From Octopus sinensis (Eukaryota): DNA of 64,000 nucleotides. The stretch's first letter is position 1; each line of letters starts with the position of its first letter. The notes under the pieces were generated by a model that did not search any database, had not been told where the DNA came from, and was given only the letters and a program-made list of their open reading frames with translations. The stretch covers positions 18,104,001 through 18,168,000 of the forward strand of contig NC_043009.1 in NCBI RefSeq assembly GCF_006345805.1, read 5' to 3'. Positions 39,046 to 52,415 of the stretch are shown in pieces. The position numbers and the translations under genes were made by a program.

Positions 39046-39498
39046 AACCGCCCTCTCCATTTTTAATATATACAGCTCTATCTCTTACAGTGTGCTTTTT
39101 TACAGAAGATATATATATATATATATATATATGAAATTAGATAAATAATAGAACGGGAAATTATGCAATGAACGTCATACACACATATATGTATGTATAT
39201 GTGTGTTCACATGTGTGTGTGTGTATACACGCATGTGTGTATGCGATTTTGTTTTTGAGGTTTTACAACTTATGTTGGCTTATTTACGCCCCAAGTAACT
39301 TAATAATTCAGAAAAAAAAAGAGATTAATTTAATAAATAGTGGGGTTGATTAGTTTCACTAAACCCTTTAAGTCTGCAGTTCAATGACTGAAACAAAATA
39401 AGATAATAAAAGAATATATTTGTATGTATGTATGTATGTATGTATGTATGTATGTATGGATGGATGGATGGATGGATGGATGGATGGATTGATGGATG

Positions 39499-40267
39499 AG
39501 ATCAATTTTTTTTTTTATTCGCAAAATATGCCTTTTTTAAAAGGAAGTAAAAAATCTGAAAATTAGCTATAATAATGTAGCCTTCGAGTCTCATCGCTTT
39601 GAAGGTATGATGTGGAGAAGAAAAAAAATGGAGAAAAAAGATACAGAGGTTTAACCCTTTAGCATTTAAACCGGCCATATCCGGCCGAAATGTGCTTCCT
39701 GTTTTATGTTCTGGCCATCCAGATCAAGCCTATCATACCTACCCTTCAATGCCATTATAAAATATACAGTCACATCATCAAAATTTCAAAGCTGCAAAAT
39801 AATGCAGGATTAATTAAAAACAATTTGAATTAAAAAGTGTTACATTTGACAGAATAATCTGAATGCTAAAGGGTTAAAAATCGAAAAAAACTATTTTTAG
39901 CCAATATTGTGACAGAAATTTTCTGCGTTTAGCAGAACGAGGTTGTACCCAGTGAAATTTATAGTTTAGCGCCTGACCTGTTGATTGTAGGTTTGCAAAT
40001 AAACAGAAATACTTAATAAAATCAACATTTATCATCTTAGTGTTTCTTTTGTCTCTTTATTGATTGTATGTTTTTATTATTTTTAATTTGTTTTATTAAT
40101 ATATTTGTCTGCATGTGTTTGCTTTATGTATACTTCACTATTATGTATATCTACCATGTATTTAGGTACACCAATAATATAAAAGTTCGTGTGCGTGTGT
40201 TTGTGTATGAATGTGTGTGTGTTTGTGTGCGAATATGTATGTGTGTGTGTGTGAATGTGCGTGTGTT

Positions 40268-40305
<38 letters not shown>

Positions 40306-40993
40306 AAAGGGCGTCTGTCTCTAAAACTCAAAATTTGAGCAACGTTTTCATGCTTGGATTTGTAAACTACGATAAGAATAACACTGGTCAATAAAGAATT
40401 TATCCCAAGGAAAAGAACATTTGTATCTTATATGTTTCTGCATGCAGAATTCAAAAATAATGTCAAATTATCTGTATCACCCACGGTTTTTCTGTTCCAC
40501 GATATCCCTCTCAGTTACTGTTACGTGGGCTAAATTTCCATTAAGCTGTTGAAATGTGAAGCTAACGGTTTAAGAAATACTCCTACTTTAAATTTTTATG
40601 AACAGAATAAACCTAGTGAAATCATAAATCCAGCTATCTGAGTCAATGAGTCCCAAAAGTGTATGAAATGAAAAATAAGTAAAAATACTAACTCACAGAA
40701 AAAGCACGTGTGAAAAATCAACATAGACAACAGCGGCACAGATAACAGTGAACCACTACACAGCGTGCGGTTGTCATGGTAACAAGCTGCTAATACCACG
40801 TTGTCTGTTGATTGGCCAAAATTACTCAAATTTCTCAACTCTAATTCCAAATCACATCAGATTCTTTAATTTACAAGATAAAGTAATTGGTTGGTCATAA
40901 TCAAAATTCAGAGTTGCATCGATACAGCAAACCTGAAAGCAATCTGAGACAAAATTAAAGGGGCTCATTTTGCGAATGAGAAAGACTAGATCC
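39499..40993 (+). mobile_element. Merlin-like non-autonomous TIR element, copy 1
   Basis: Termini agatcaatttt...attcgcaaaat / attttgcgaatgagaaagactagatcc; collinear with 48188-49491; inserted in a TATG/GATG repeat. Confidence 0.8.
39655..39873. mobile_element. piggyBac-type MITE nested in the Merlin-like element
   Basis: TTAA-ccctttagcatt...aatgctaaaggg-TTAA; the matching position in copy 2 (about 48282) has a single TTAA. Confidence 0.9.
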
Positions 40994-41756
40994 TATGTAT
41001 GTATGTATGTATGTATGTATGTATGTATGTATGTATGTATGTATGTATGTATGTATGTGAGCGTGTACGTATATGTGCGTGGGCGTGTGTGTGTATGTAT
41101 GTATGTATGTGTATGCATGTTTATGTAAATAGCCTTCGCCGCACACTTGGCTGTTTTGAAGCTGCATGTCATCTTCACTAGAAGGAGTGGTCAGTTTGCC
41201 ATGGGGACTTGTCAAACTGGAACTTATGGTCGCCAAGTGTCTGAAAGGACACAAACCTCTGTAAAAGTCATTAGCTTACCTCCCACTAACAAGATCATAT
41301 GATACTTTTGATTTCGTTTGAATAGTTTTTCTTTTTATTTCATTTGTTTTGTTTTTCTTAACGAGATACGAGCCACACACAAAACGCATGTACACAAAGC
41401 GGAATTCACTCTTTATCGCTTCACCACGAAAGTTCTTTTCTGTGTTTCTTTTTCATTCTTTTTTTTTTTACCATTGCTATTATAAATATTATTATTATTG
41501 AGGGACGTGCCTCCCTCTAGCGTGTTTATCAAAAGGTAATCAACAGAGTCAAGACTAGTGAGACTAGATGGAGCAACTCTGAGGATGCCTTTCTAAGCAG
41601 GCGGAAAGAAACTGGAAGACGACACTTTCCTATGCCTTGGAGATGGCAGAGGAATCCGGAATTTTTGTGTGGGGTTTACTCCGAATTACCCTAAGTGAAC
41701 TACCCCGCTACTGAGGATTCTATTTATTTATTATTTATTTCTCTACTTTCTTATAT

Positions 41757-42230
41757 TCTTCCTGTGCCAACGTGAAGCATTCTTCCACAATGTGTGCCAT
41801 CGTCTCATTTCAAGTTTCACAGACTGTACATTTTTCTAACACATTCTCTCCATATATATTTTTTCTCAAGTTGTTTTTATCGTTTGATCATGAATTGCTA
41901 AAATTTTTTTTGATTGCCCCTATTTTAACCAAGCCCAGGATTTTGTTCCAGATACGTCTTCAGTGGTTCTCCAAAATTGGCCATGTAGGTGTTTCTCTCT
42001 AGTCTGTCTGATGTGCTCTCTTTCTATTCCATTCTTGTCCTTTTCTCCTTCTGGCTTTTTCTTTCTATCTACATATTCTTCTACGGCTATTAAGCCGCTT
42101 TCATCCTAGTCTCTCCTCAAGTACAGCCTGTTGATATCAACTTTCGGATTGTGTGCTCCATACATTGTCGACAACTTCCTAGTTTTTCAGTCAAGTTTCT
42201 TTTATTATTGTTATTATTATTCATTAGTCT
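41757..42230 (-). pseudogene. R4/Dong-like non-LTR retrotransposon fragment (RT thumb and CCHC)
   Basis: KCTVCET*NETMAHIVEEC; paralogous to 44660-45200. Confidence 0.8.
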
Positions 42231-42234
42231 TATT

Positions 42235-42800
42235 TTTATCACGTGCTTTCACTGCACTACCGAGCGCAGCTTTGTGTGCCTTGGATATGTGCTGTGGCGT
42301 TCTTATTTTCACTGTATTGAAAGTGTTTTACTTAGGATCTCTGCGGTTCCTAGTGGTGCTATTTTCTGTTATCTGAATGTTTTTTTATTATTATACCTAA
42401 AGCGCCTATTATAAGAACTGTTTCTGTTTTTAGGCTCCACATCCGGGTTACTTCTACTTTATATTTTGACAGTTTCTCCGTTTCTTTTAGAGAAACATTG
42501 TCATCAGTTGGTATTACTATATTACTACATCGATTAGGAAGCATTTTCTTTCTTGGTGATCTCTGACAACTATATCTGGCCTATTAGTCTTGAGTTCTCA
42601 ATCTGTGTGTATTGGCATATCCCAGAGTATGGTTGCTTTCTCACTTTCTGTGACCTTTTCTGGTGTGTGCCTATACCATCTTTTTTCTGTTGTCATTCCA
42701 TGGTCTTGGCATAGCTTCCAGTGTATATAGGTCCCAACTCTGTTGTGTCTGTGATATATTCCTTCTTAGCCAGGATTGGGCAACCAGAGGCAATATGAAG
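42235..42800 (-). pseudogene. R4/Dong-like restriction-like endonuclease domain and 3' end
   Basis: RWYRHTPEKVTESEKATILWDMPIHTD...NRPDI...IDVV...IPTDDNVSLKETEKLSKYK...GALG. Confidence 0.85.
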
Positions 42801-43189
42801 TTACTTGTATTTCTTTTCATCACCTGGTTTTGGTGATTTCTGGTGGGAAAGCTTTGATCTTGAGCTGCAATTTAAAATCCTTCAGTCTCTGCTTTGAGTC
42901 CTGAGCTTCTCAGCAATTGTTGGAATTTTGCTCTATCTATTTCTTTTCTGTTTAGTTTAATTCACTATTTGCCATCGTTTCATCATAATTCGTTGCTGTT
43001 CCAATTTTTAGTTTGGATTTCATTTGTTTTACAGCTTTTGTTATTTCTCCTTTTTCTTCGTAGTTGTTATGTACTATGGCTTCTTTTTTGTATTTGTCAG
43101 CTTCGTTAAAGACTGAAAACAGATTTTTTGTTTTGGTCGTGTTTGTGGCTATTTGTATTAGTTTTCCTTACTTCTGAAGTTGGTATTAT

Positions 43190-43569
43190 CATTACCTCTG
43201 TCTTAGCCAAGGCGGAGGTATTGTTTTCAGTCGTGTTTGTTTGTTTGTTTGTCCATGGACAAGATATCTCAAGAGCCGCTGGATGGATTCGGATGAAACT
43301 TTCGGGGATGTTTGACCTCATGACTGGCACGAACTGATTAGATTTCGGGATCGATCAAGTTTCTTTTATTATCGTGCTTTCACTGCACTACCGAAGTCAG
43401 CTCTGTGTGCCTTGGGTATGTTCTGTGATGTTCTTATTTTCACTGTTTTCTCGTTTGTGAGAGCAGTCGAGTTTATTTCAGATATTCTCGTTTTAAAAAC
43501 CATCTCTGGCTAATCGCTGAGAGGACGTTGGTATTGCGTTGGCGGAGGTTTGCGGCCTCCCAGTGCTCT

Positions 43570-43570
<1 letters not shown>
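43190..43570 (+). mobile_element. Helentron-associated non-autonomous element (HINE/DINE-1-like), interrupted
   Basis: 5' hairpin tacctctgtc-ttagccaa-ggcggaggta, (GTTT)n tract, 3' ggcggaggtttgcggcctcccagtgctct; LINE tail inserted at about 43375-43500. Confidence 0.6.
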
Positions 43571-43616
<46 letters not shown>

Positions 43617-43649
43617 TTATTATTATTATTATTATTGTTATTATTATTA

Positions 43650-44050
43650 TTCTATGTTTGACTTTTGCTTTATGTTTGTACAAGTTGGCTTCAAGTCTCA
43701 CCCAGAGACCTCAAGAGACAACAAGTTGGAAGTTCACGTTGTTGTTATGCCTAGTGTGCCATATATTTGGGGTTTCTTTGGGGTGTTGTACTAGTGAATG
43801 TCTAATAAATAATTTTTTTTTTAAATGTTTGTTTTAAACCTTGAGATTACATAGAGAGTATTTTGCGTAGGATATGAGCAGTTCCCATGAGCACTATCTT
43901 TTGAACTTCTGCCATTTTTGGGTTTCCTGGTATCTGAGTTAGGTAGCAATCAGCCCCTTTCGCTATCATTCCCAGGGTACCTATGACAACAGGTATTGTT
44001 TTAGTCTTCAGGTTCCACATTTTGCTGATTTCTATTTCAAGATCTTTATA
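43650..44050 (-). mobile_element. 5'-truncated R4/Dong-like insertion flanked on both sides by (AAT)n
   Basis: YKDLEIEISKMWNLKTKTIPVVIGTLG...LRKILSM* plus 3' UTR. Confidence 0.85.
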
Positions 44051-44053
44051 TTA

Positions 44054-44099
<46 letters not shown>

Positions 44100-44129
44100 T
44101 ATTATTACTACTACTACTATTACAGAAAC

Positions 44130-46030
44130 AAAGTTCAGGTTTGGTCTTATTCCTGGTAGGATTTATGCGAGTAGCCTTAAGTATCCTCATGTTTTCGTCA
44201 GGCTTTCAAGTGCTTAGAACCCTCCTGGTAATCTCTAATGCCCCTAAGAGTCTAATTTTCAGTAGGTGCTCTATCGGGCATTCTATTTCAATCTCCTCCA
44301 GCAATTTGTTTACCAATTATTATAGGCACAACCTTTACTGTTCGCATGCTCCAAATTCTTCCTATTTCAAAATTTAAGGGATTGTATTTACTTTGTTTTT
44401 CGGTCTCTTTCTCTATGATCCTGGAATCAAACGGGCATGATGGGTCGATAAGTAAGCAACTTCGCTTTTCCTATGATTGTAGTATCCGGTCTATTATTTT
44501 CTAACTGCTTGTCCGCTTGAATAGGAAAAGTCCCACAAAATCTTACATTTCTCCAACTCTTGTACTCTTTCGACTCCATGATTGTACCATGTGTTTCCAG
44601 ATTCAAATTCCCATTTCTGGCAAAGTCTCCATTGTAAAACTTTTACAACCTAAATCGTGCCTCCATTTCTTATATTTTTCCTGTGCCAACATGGGGCATT
44701 CTTCCATAATGTGTGTCACTGTTTTGTTCCAAGTTCCACATTTTTCTGACACATTCTCTCCATATATATATATATATATATTTTCTCAAGATGTTTGTTT
44801 TTATCGCTTGGTCTTGGGCTGCTACAATTAGGCTCCCTATTTCTGTTTTTTAATTGCCCCATTTTTTAACCGAGCCCAGGATTTTGTTCCACATACGTCT
44901 TCAGTGGTTCTCTAAATTTGACCATGCAGAGGTTTTTCTCTAATCTATCTGACGTGCCTTCTTTCTATTTCATTTTTGTCATTTTCTCTTATTACGCGCT
45001 TCATCATATGTTCATTTTTAACTGCCTTTAGTAGTTTTTCTGTGCTGCTCTGCTAAGCCCTTTCTTTCCATCAGAACACATTCTTCTACTGCAGTTAAAC
45101 CTCTTTCACCCTGGTCTCTCCTCAAGTACAGCCGATTGATATCAGCTTTCGGACGTTGGGCTCCATACATCGTCAACAACTTCCTAGTTTTTCTGTCAAG
45201 TTTCTTTACATCGTTTCTAGTCCATTCTATAATTGCAACTCCATATCTGGTTAAGGGTACTGCTCTTGAACTTATTGCTTCAATAAGATTTTCTGAATTC
45301 AGTTTTGACTGCAATAATTTTATCACTTTCTGTATTCCCTATTGGTAATTTGTTTCATTTCTTCATTTTTCATTCCATCTGCTTCCAGTATTCACAAGTT
45401 CTTATACCATTGTCCTTTCTCAACCGCTCTCATTGTTTTGACCATTTTGCATTTCAATTCCCTGGTTTCTTTCAAATCTTTCTCATTTCATTTTCAAAAT
45501 AGCACACTTTTCTATCCCAAATTCCATACTCATGTCATTTGAGAAAATGTGAGTAGTATGTACATGACTTTCAAGCTGTTTCTCATTTTCGCATAAACCT
45601 TTATATCACCCTTGAAAAGATGATTTTATCTGACGATTTCCTTTTCCCAAATCGTAAGAAATTTTAACATTTCGTTGATTCATAGTAAGCGGTGTCATGG
45701 CCAGTACGACTTGCAATCGATATAAGCTCTCACTTTAGAAGATTCCAGGCCTGATGTTCACTTTTCCGAGATTTTGTTTTCTTCCGATCAATTCAGTATT
45801 CCAATGTTTCATACTTTCATTAGACATTTTCTCCATGTTTTTTGCTATTCCAAACATGCTCATTGTTTTACTTATCTGACTGCTTGGTACCATGTGATAT
45901 GCTTTTTTGTAATCTAGCCATGCTACATTCAGTCCCGCTAATCTGCGTCTACAAGTTCTAATTATCATTTTATCAAATAATAAGTGATCTTTTTTTGCCC
46001 TACATATCACTTGATGTGCGACGAACGATG
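44130..46030 (-). mobile_element. R4/Dong-like LINE, RT through 3' end, decayed
   Basis: AWLDYKKAYHMVP, KVNIRPGIF, KLDRKTRKLLTMYGA..PKADINRLYLRRDQGERGL, CCHC, NNRPD, VVPIIIG; ends next to (TAT)n. Confidence 0.9.
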
Positions 46031-46664
46031 CGGCACGGTTATTCTTTCGAACTCCATTCACATTGCAATTTTCGGTGGATTTATTGGTGTCAGATACCAA
46101 ACTGGTATTCAAATGAATATGATACTGTTTCAGGGTTTACAGAACGAGTTACATACATTAAACCGTTATTATCGAAGTGATTTTAGAACAAGATTTTCAG
46201 GTTGATCGTTATTGCATAGGCCAATTGGATACTTTCGGTTTTAAATAATGAATCGGAGACATACAAGCTATTATAAACCATTGATAAAAGAAATACCAAA
46301 TCTAAAACGGTAAAATAATGCATTCAACAGACAGCAATAAAGAATGCTATTTCTGTTGAAAGAATATCGGGTATACAAAAATATTGACCATATGTAAATA
46401 TATATCAATTGTTTGAAATTAACTATCGCAAAGGAAAGACCATGGATTATATAGATAATATATAATCATTTTCTAAATTATATTCACTTTCCATTTGAGA
46501 TAATAATTAAAGTTTTCATTATCATTATTATTAAAATTCGAAGAAATACCATTCAAATAATTATTCAAGTATTTTCTTGTGACAGATTATTTTTGTATCC
46601 ATATAAAATTTGAACATACTACAATTTAAATATATAGTTTTTCAATGAAAATAACAGGTGAATA

Positions 46665-47240
46665 ATATTCTTTTCTTCTCTAGGTACAAGGCCCGAAATT
46701 TTTAGGGAGTGGGGCCAGTCGATTAGATCGATCCTAGTACTTAATTTATGGACCCCGAAAGGTAAAATCGGCCTCGGCGGAATTTGAACTCAGATCGTAA
46801 AGCCAGACAAAATACTTATTTCTTTACTACCCACAAGGAGTTAAACACAGAAAGGACAAACAAGGACAGATAAACGGATTAAGTCGATTATATCGACCCA
46901 AGTGCGTAACTGGTACTTATTTAATCGGTTCCGAAAGAATGAAAGGCAAAGTCGACCTCGGCGGAATTTGAACTCAGAACGTAACGGCAGACGAAATACC
47001 GCTAAGCATTTCGCCCGGCATGCAAGTGTTTCTTATTTCTTTGCTACTCACAAGGGGCTACATACACAGAGAGGACAAACAAATGGATTAAGTCGATTAC
47101 ATCGACTCCAGTGTATAACTGGTACTTATTTAATCGACCCCGAAAGGATGAAAGACAAAGTTGACCTCGGCGGAATTTGAACTCAGAACGTAGCGGCAGA
47201 CGAAATACCGCTAAGCATTTCGCCCGGAATGCTAACGTTT
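46665..47240 (-). mobile_element. SINE family C with tandemly reiterated internal unit of about 190 bp
   Basis: cctcggcggaatttgaactcaga occurs at about 46771, 46956 and 47166. Confidence 0.88.
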
Positions 47241-47766
47241 CAGATGATTGTTTTCATGCATCATGTTACGTACAAGTTCTTACAACTACGTTTCCCGTTT
47301 TCATGTCAAAGTGTCAGCATATTGCTCAGCAGATATAGTTAGTCGATTACTGGAATTTGCAAGGGCTGCGCAAGACAGAAATGATATAGACAATTATCTC
47401 ATTGTACTAATTACATAGTCTGCTCAATTATTGCATAGAGATTCTACTATGACTATGTGCAACGTCATAATACATAGGCATAGCACACTCACATAGAGTT
47501 AGTGAGAGTTAAGAGTGAAATGATTCTCGGTATTGACGAGTACGATCCGAGAACCTCTTCTAGAGAACATTCGGGTCGGCGATTATCAACCATTTCCAAA
47601 CATATTTGGCCTTGCAGTGCTATAGGTGGGCATTACCTATTCGAGACAAGTCCTTACAGCACGGAAGTTCTAGCAGCTAGACCTGTCCGAGACGCACACG
47701 TCACGCCGAAACCGTTTCTATGTGCATTCGTTTACTGTTCATGTATGGTTAACATGACTTGTGACA

Positions 47767-47968
47767 AAAATTACATCGATATATAAAATTTTTTAAAAAT
47801 GGAGAAAAAAAAATGCAGCGTAGGGCAGAAATAGCTGTACACTGATTGTAAGTCTGTAAACAGTGAAAACCTGGGAGAAGGTAACTTTGGTCGAGTAATG
47901 CAGGAGTGTAGGAGATTTTTTTTCTTTTTCTCTATTTTTTTTTAAATTTGATATATCGATGTAATTTT
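47767..47968. repeat. MITE-like inverted repeat
   Basis: aaaattacatcgatatataaaatt...ggagaaaaaaa / tttttctctatttttttt.aaatttgatatatcgatgtaatttt. Confidence 0.7.
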
Positions 47969-48187
47969 AGACGCTGAATCCCAATTTGTTATTCATTTAT
48001 TCCAGAAAAATTTCACAAAATTGTTACAGGTGCTCAAAGTTTGATAATTTTCAGAACTTTCAGCCAATCAAAAAACAGCGTGTTTGCTGCCTCTTCTATC
48101 ATCGGCATGTCAAAGCATTGCTAGAAATAACAATAAAAAAATTAAAATATACACGAATGAAGTCAACATTAAAGCATTCGCGAGCAA

Positions 48188-48686
48188 GGATCTAGTTTTT
48201 TCATTCGCAAAATAGGCATTTTTTAAAAGGAAGTAAAATATCTGAAAATCGGCTATAATAATTGAAGGAAAAAGTTACAGAAGTTTAAAAATCGGAAAAA
48301 CTCGGTATTTGTAGCCAATAGTGGCACAGAAATTTTCTGCATTTAACAGAGCGATGTCACCTTTAAGGTTATACCCTGTGAAATTTATAGTTTGACGTCA
48401 GTGAAATGACGTGTTCATTGTAGGTTTCAAATTAAACAGAAATACCTAATAAAATCAACATTTATCATCTTAGTGTTTCTTTTGTCTCTTTATTGATTGT
48501 ATGTTTTTATCTTTTTTTATTTGTTACATCAATATATTTGTCTGCATGTGTTTGCTTTATGTATACTTCAATATTATGTATTTGTGTACATCATTAATAT
48601 ATAATTGTATGCAGATGAATGTAGTTATATATAATTTATATGCACATTTATGCATTCATGTGTGTATGTGTGTGTGTGCGTACGTG

Positions 48687-48717
<31 letters not shown>

Positions 48718-49491
48718 TGTGTGTGTGAAGGAGCGTCTGAGTCTAAAACTCTAAAGCTGAGTAACGTTTTCATGCTTGGATTTGTAAACTACGATAAGAA
48801 TAATACTGGTCAACAAAGAATTTGTCCCAAGAAAAAGAATACCTGTATCTTGTATATTTCTGCATGCAGAATTCAAAAATAATGTCAAATTATCTGATTC
48901 ACCCATAGTTTCTCTGTTCCACGATGTCCCTTTCAGTTACTGTTACGTGGGCTAAATTTCAGTTAAGCTATTAAAACGTGAAGTTAACGGTTTAAGAAAT
49001 ACTCCTAATTTATGAATAGAATTTACCTAGTGAAATCATGAATCCAGCTATCTGAGTCCCAAAAATATATGAAATGAAAACTATGTAAAAATATTAACAC
49101 AGAAAAATACTTACAGAAGCACTGAAAAATATGTAATATACTAATACACAGGAAAATTAAAACAAAACACGCTGGTGGAAAGAATCTGGTGGTGTGAAGA
49201 ATCAAGTGTGAAAAATCAACATAGAACAACGTCCGGCATAGACAATGAACCATAACACAGTGTGCGGTTGTCATGGCAACAAGCTACTAATGCCATGTTG
49301 TCTGTTGATTGGCTAAAATTACCCAAAATTTCCCAAATTTAATTCCAAATAACATCAGATTCTTTAATTTACGAGATAAAGTAATTGGTTGATCATAATC
49401 AAAATTTAGAGTTGCATCGATACACCAAAGTTGAAAGCAATCTGAGCAAAATTAAGGGGGTCCCATTATGCGAATGAAAAAGACTAAATTC
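48188..49491 (+). mobile_element. Merlin-like non-autonomous TIR element, copy 2, with exact 8-bp TSD
   Basis: gcgagcaa|ggatctagttttttcattcgcaaaat ... tatgcgaatgaaaaagactaaattc|gcgagcaa. Confidence 0.88.
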
Positions 49492-49789
49492 GCGAGCAAA
49501 TTAAATATTTAAAAGTTTTCACGCAAACAAACGTTCACATATTTCCCTTGTTGATTTTTCCTTCAGCGTTGAATGTTCACCATCGCACTTCCATTGCACA
49601 CACACAAACATTCACATACGTCTCTTTTACATACACACACACATATACTCACACAAAGTTGAAATGCTCCCACTACCAGTTTGCCCTCACCCCTTCCTTA
49701 TTCATCTATCACCCCTTTTTTTCTCATTCATATGTTGTGTCGGAGAAAAACACAAGAGTATTATGGTAGAAGATTAACTTTCTCATATT

Positions 49790-50021
49790 TCCTTCTCCTC
49801 CTTGTGCGCGTGCTATGGAAGCACAGCTTGTTTGCCGCGGTGATTTGTAAAATACTCGCTTCTGATTGGCTAAAATACCCAAATTTTGCAAATTTTAAAG
49901 GCTAGTAACTTTTTAATTATGAATTTCATTTTCATAATTAGTATAGAAAATTTAATCCCTATACCAAATTTGAAAACAAATGGAGGAAAATTTTAAACAG
50001 TGGCGAAAACCACAAAGATCC
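49790..50021. mobile_element. Second GGATCT-terminal family, partial copy
   Basis: Matches 25650-25874; ends aaaaccacaaagatcc. Confidence 0.7.
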
Positions 50022-51124
50022 ATGTTTTGTTATTATCTATTGTTTTTATTGATTTCGTTTTATTCGATTTAAACACCGTTTTTGTTGCATTTCGTCCGTT
50101 TACTGTTTATTATTGATATTGTTGTTTGATATTTCAACTGTGTGTCACCTCCAAATCTTGAACTTAATCCTTTATCAGTATAAACTCTAACTCTATGGTA
50201 CACTTTCGCTCCCTAAAATCATTCACAAATTAAACAACAATCACATCGACCTTACCAAAGTTACAGGGCACTCAAAGGTTATCCTCCTCCTCCTCCTTCT
50301 CCTGCACTTGCTCCTCTTCATCCCCCTTCACCTCTTCATCCTACACATCATTGTCACAGTAGCCTCACAATTATATATTATCTACATCAACACAGTTTAC
50401 TCTCTCATACGATCACTCCACTGCTACGCCAACAACACCAACATAAATATGAGATGTTAATTGTTCGAAGACAGCGACGTTAACAACACACAAACATACA
50501 CACACATATATATATACACATCAATACGCGCACACATGCACACGCACATGCGATACATTTATGTACAAGCAAGCATGCACTCGAACTCTTTACTCAAACT
50601 ACACACGCACACACACACACTCACACACTCACACGCATACATATTAAACTCAAGCAATTTGTACCCATTGACCCCAGTATTGCCATAATGACGCCTGACA
50701 GGTCAAGCCAGCTGGCACATCACGAAACGGTGGAGGATAGGTAGTAAGAAAGTGGGGTGGAAACAGTAGGGAAAAAGGTTTTGTAGGGTTTAAAGGTCAA
50801 CCAACCAACTTAAGAAACGAACAAAACCGTATCTTGTCTCCTTTGTTAGGAAGAACGCGAATGACAAGCTCCCTACTAAATTTCAGGAGTAATGTATCCT
50901 TTAACTACGTTACCCAATACATGCATTTTTAGACAATACGGAGTGACTCGCAAAATGTTGGCTGTTATTTCCAGCAGGTCGAGTAACGGCGTAGAAGCAT
51001 CTTCATATGCGCTTTTGTTGATTTTGGTACATATGTTGATCGTATTTCTAAAATATAAATATAATTATAGACGCATCTTACACTAACATATCACTTCGAA
51101 TATTTACATATATCTTTTATACTT

Positions 51125-51320
51125 TATCCTTTATCTTTTACTTGTATCAGCCAGATGACTGAGGCCATGCTGGGGCATCGCCTTCAACGTTTTAGTCGAA
51201 CAAAGTCGTCCCTAGGACTTAATTTTCTTTACACCTAGTACTTACTCTATTGGTCTTTTGCCGAACCACGGCGACGTAATCACACCAAAACCGGTTGTCA
51301 TGCAGTGGTAAGGGACATAT
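51125..51320 (-). mobile_element. SINE family B 3' part, degenerate
   Basis: cttttacttgt...ggccatgctggggcatcgcc...ttttgccgaacc. Confidence 0.75.
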
Positions 51321-51339
51321 GCACACACACACACACACG

Positions 51340-51370
<31 letters not shown>

Positions 51371-51459
51371 ACACACACGCACGCACGCACACACACACGC
51401 ACACATACACACACACGTTACATTGGCAACTGTCCGATACCTATTGATTAGACCACGTA

Positions 51460-51540
<81 letters not shown>

Positions 51541-51549
51541 CATATATAT

Positions 51550-51745
51550 AAAGTTAATCCAAATATGAAAACACAACAACGCGAGGACGTGGAACAAATA
51601 TAGTATTATTGAACGTTAAGGAAAGAAGGAGGGTTCAACGTTTCGAGCGGAGCTCTTCGTCGGAAACATAGGAGAAGGGAAGATCTAGAGAAGGGAAGAC
51701 AGAGGAAAAAAATCGCCAACGGTACACACGCGGTCACATTTTGAA
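51550..51745 (-). mobile_element. Penelope-like pLTR fragment with ultraminimal hammerhead variant (51633-51667)
   Basis: Reverse complement gttt-CCGACGA-a-GAGC-tcc-GCTC-GAAAC-GTT-gaac. Confidence 0.6.
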
Positions 51746-51764
51746 TATATATATATATATATAC

Positions 51765-52103
51765 TGAGACCCTCCCCTTCGGCCATGACTGACCATGGGA
51801 TTGCTCCTAGAAAAATATCCTCCCAGGCACAAGTCCGGGCAATGTTGTTTATGGGAAACCAGCAGTCGCCCATGCATACTGGCTTCCCCTCTCCACGCCA
51901 CCAGTGTTATCCAAGGCAAAGGCAAAGGGGCCGATACAGCTTAGCACTTGTGACATAGCAACTCATTTCTACAGCTGAGTGAACTGGAGTAACATGAAAT
52001 AGTGCCTTGCTCAAGAAAACAACACGCAGACCGGTCCGGGATTCGAACTCACAACCTCACGATCATAAGCTCGACGCCCTAATCACTGAGCCATGCGCCT
52101 TCA
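51765..52103 (-). mobile_element. SINE with a family D-type head and a different 3' tail
   Basis: Head gtgaaggcgcatggctcagtgattagggcg...gagttcgaatccc; central module shared with 23959-24283, tail unrelated. Confidence 0.75.
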
Positions 52104-52119
52104 CACACATGCACACACA

Positions 52120-52165
<46 letters not shown>

Positions 52166-52178
52166 GCATATATATATA

Positions 52179-52340
52179 GGCACAGGTGTGACTGTGTTAA
52201 GAAGTCTGCTTCCCAAAGACAAGGTTCCGGGTCTGTTCCACTGCCTGTCACCTTGGGCAAGCATCTATGGTTATAGCCTCGGGGCGACCAAAGTCTTGTG
52301 AATGGATTTGGTAGACAGAAACTGAAGGAAACCCGTCGTG

Positions 52341-52415
<75 letters not shown>

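Noticed and set aside
41579-41614. Hammerhead-like CTGAGGA-TGCCT...AGGCG-GAAAG
   Set aside because: Position 17 is G and helix I is absent
46665-47240. CRISPR-like repeat array
   Set aside because: Eukaryotic context; units are long SINE segments without unique spacers
47264-47766. Solo LTR (TGTTACG...GTGACA)
   Set aside because: TG..CA ends are suggestive, but there is no TSD, PBS/PPT or second copy in the window
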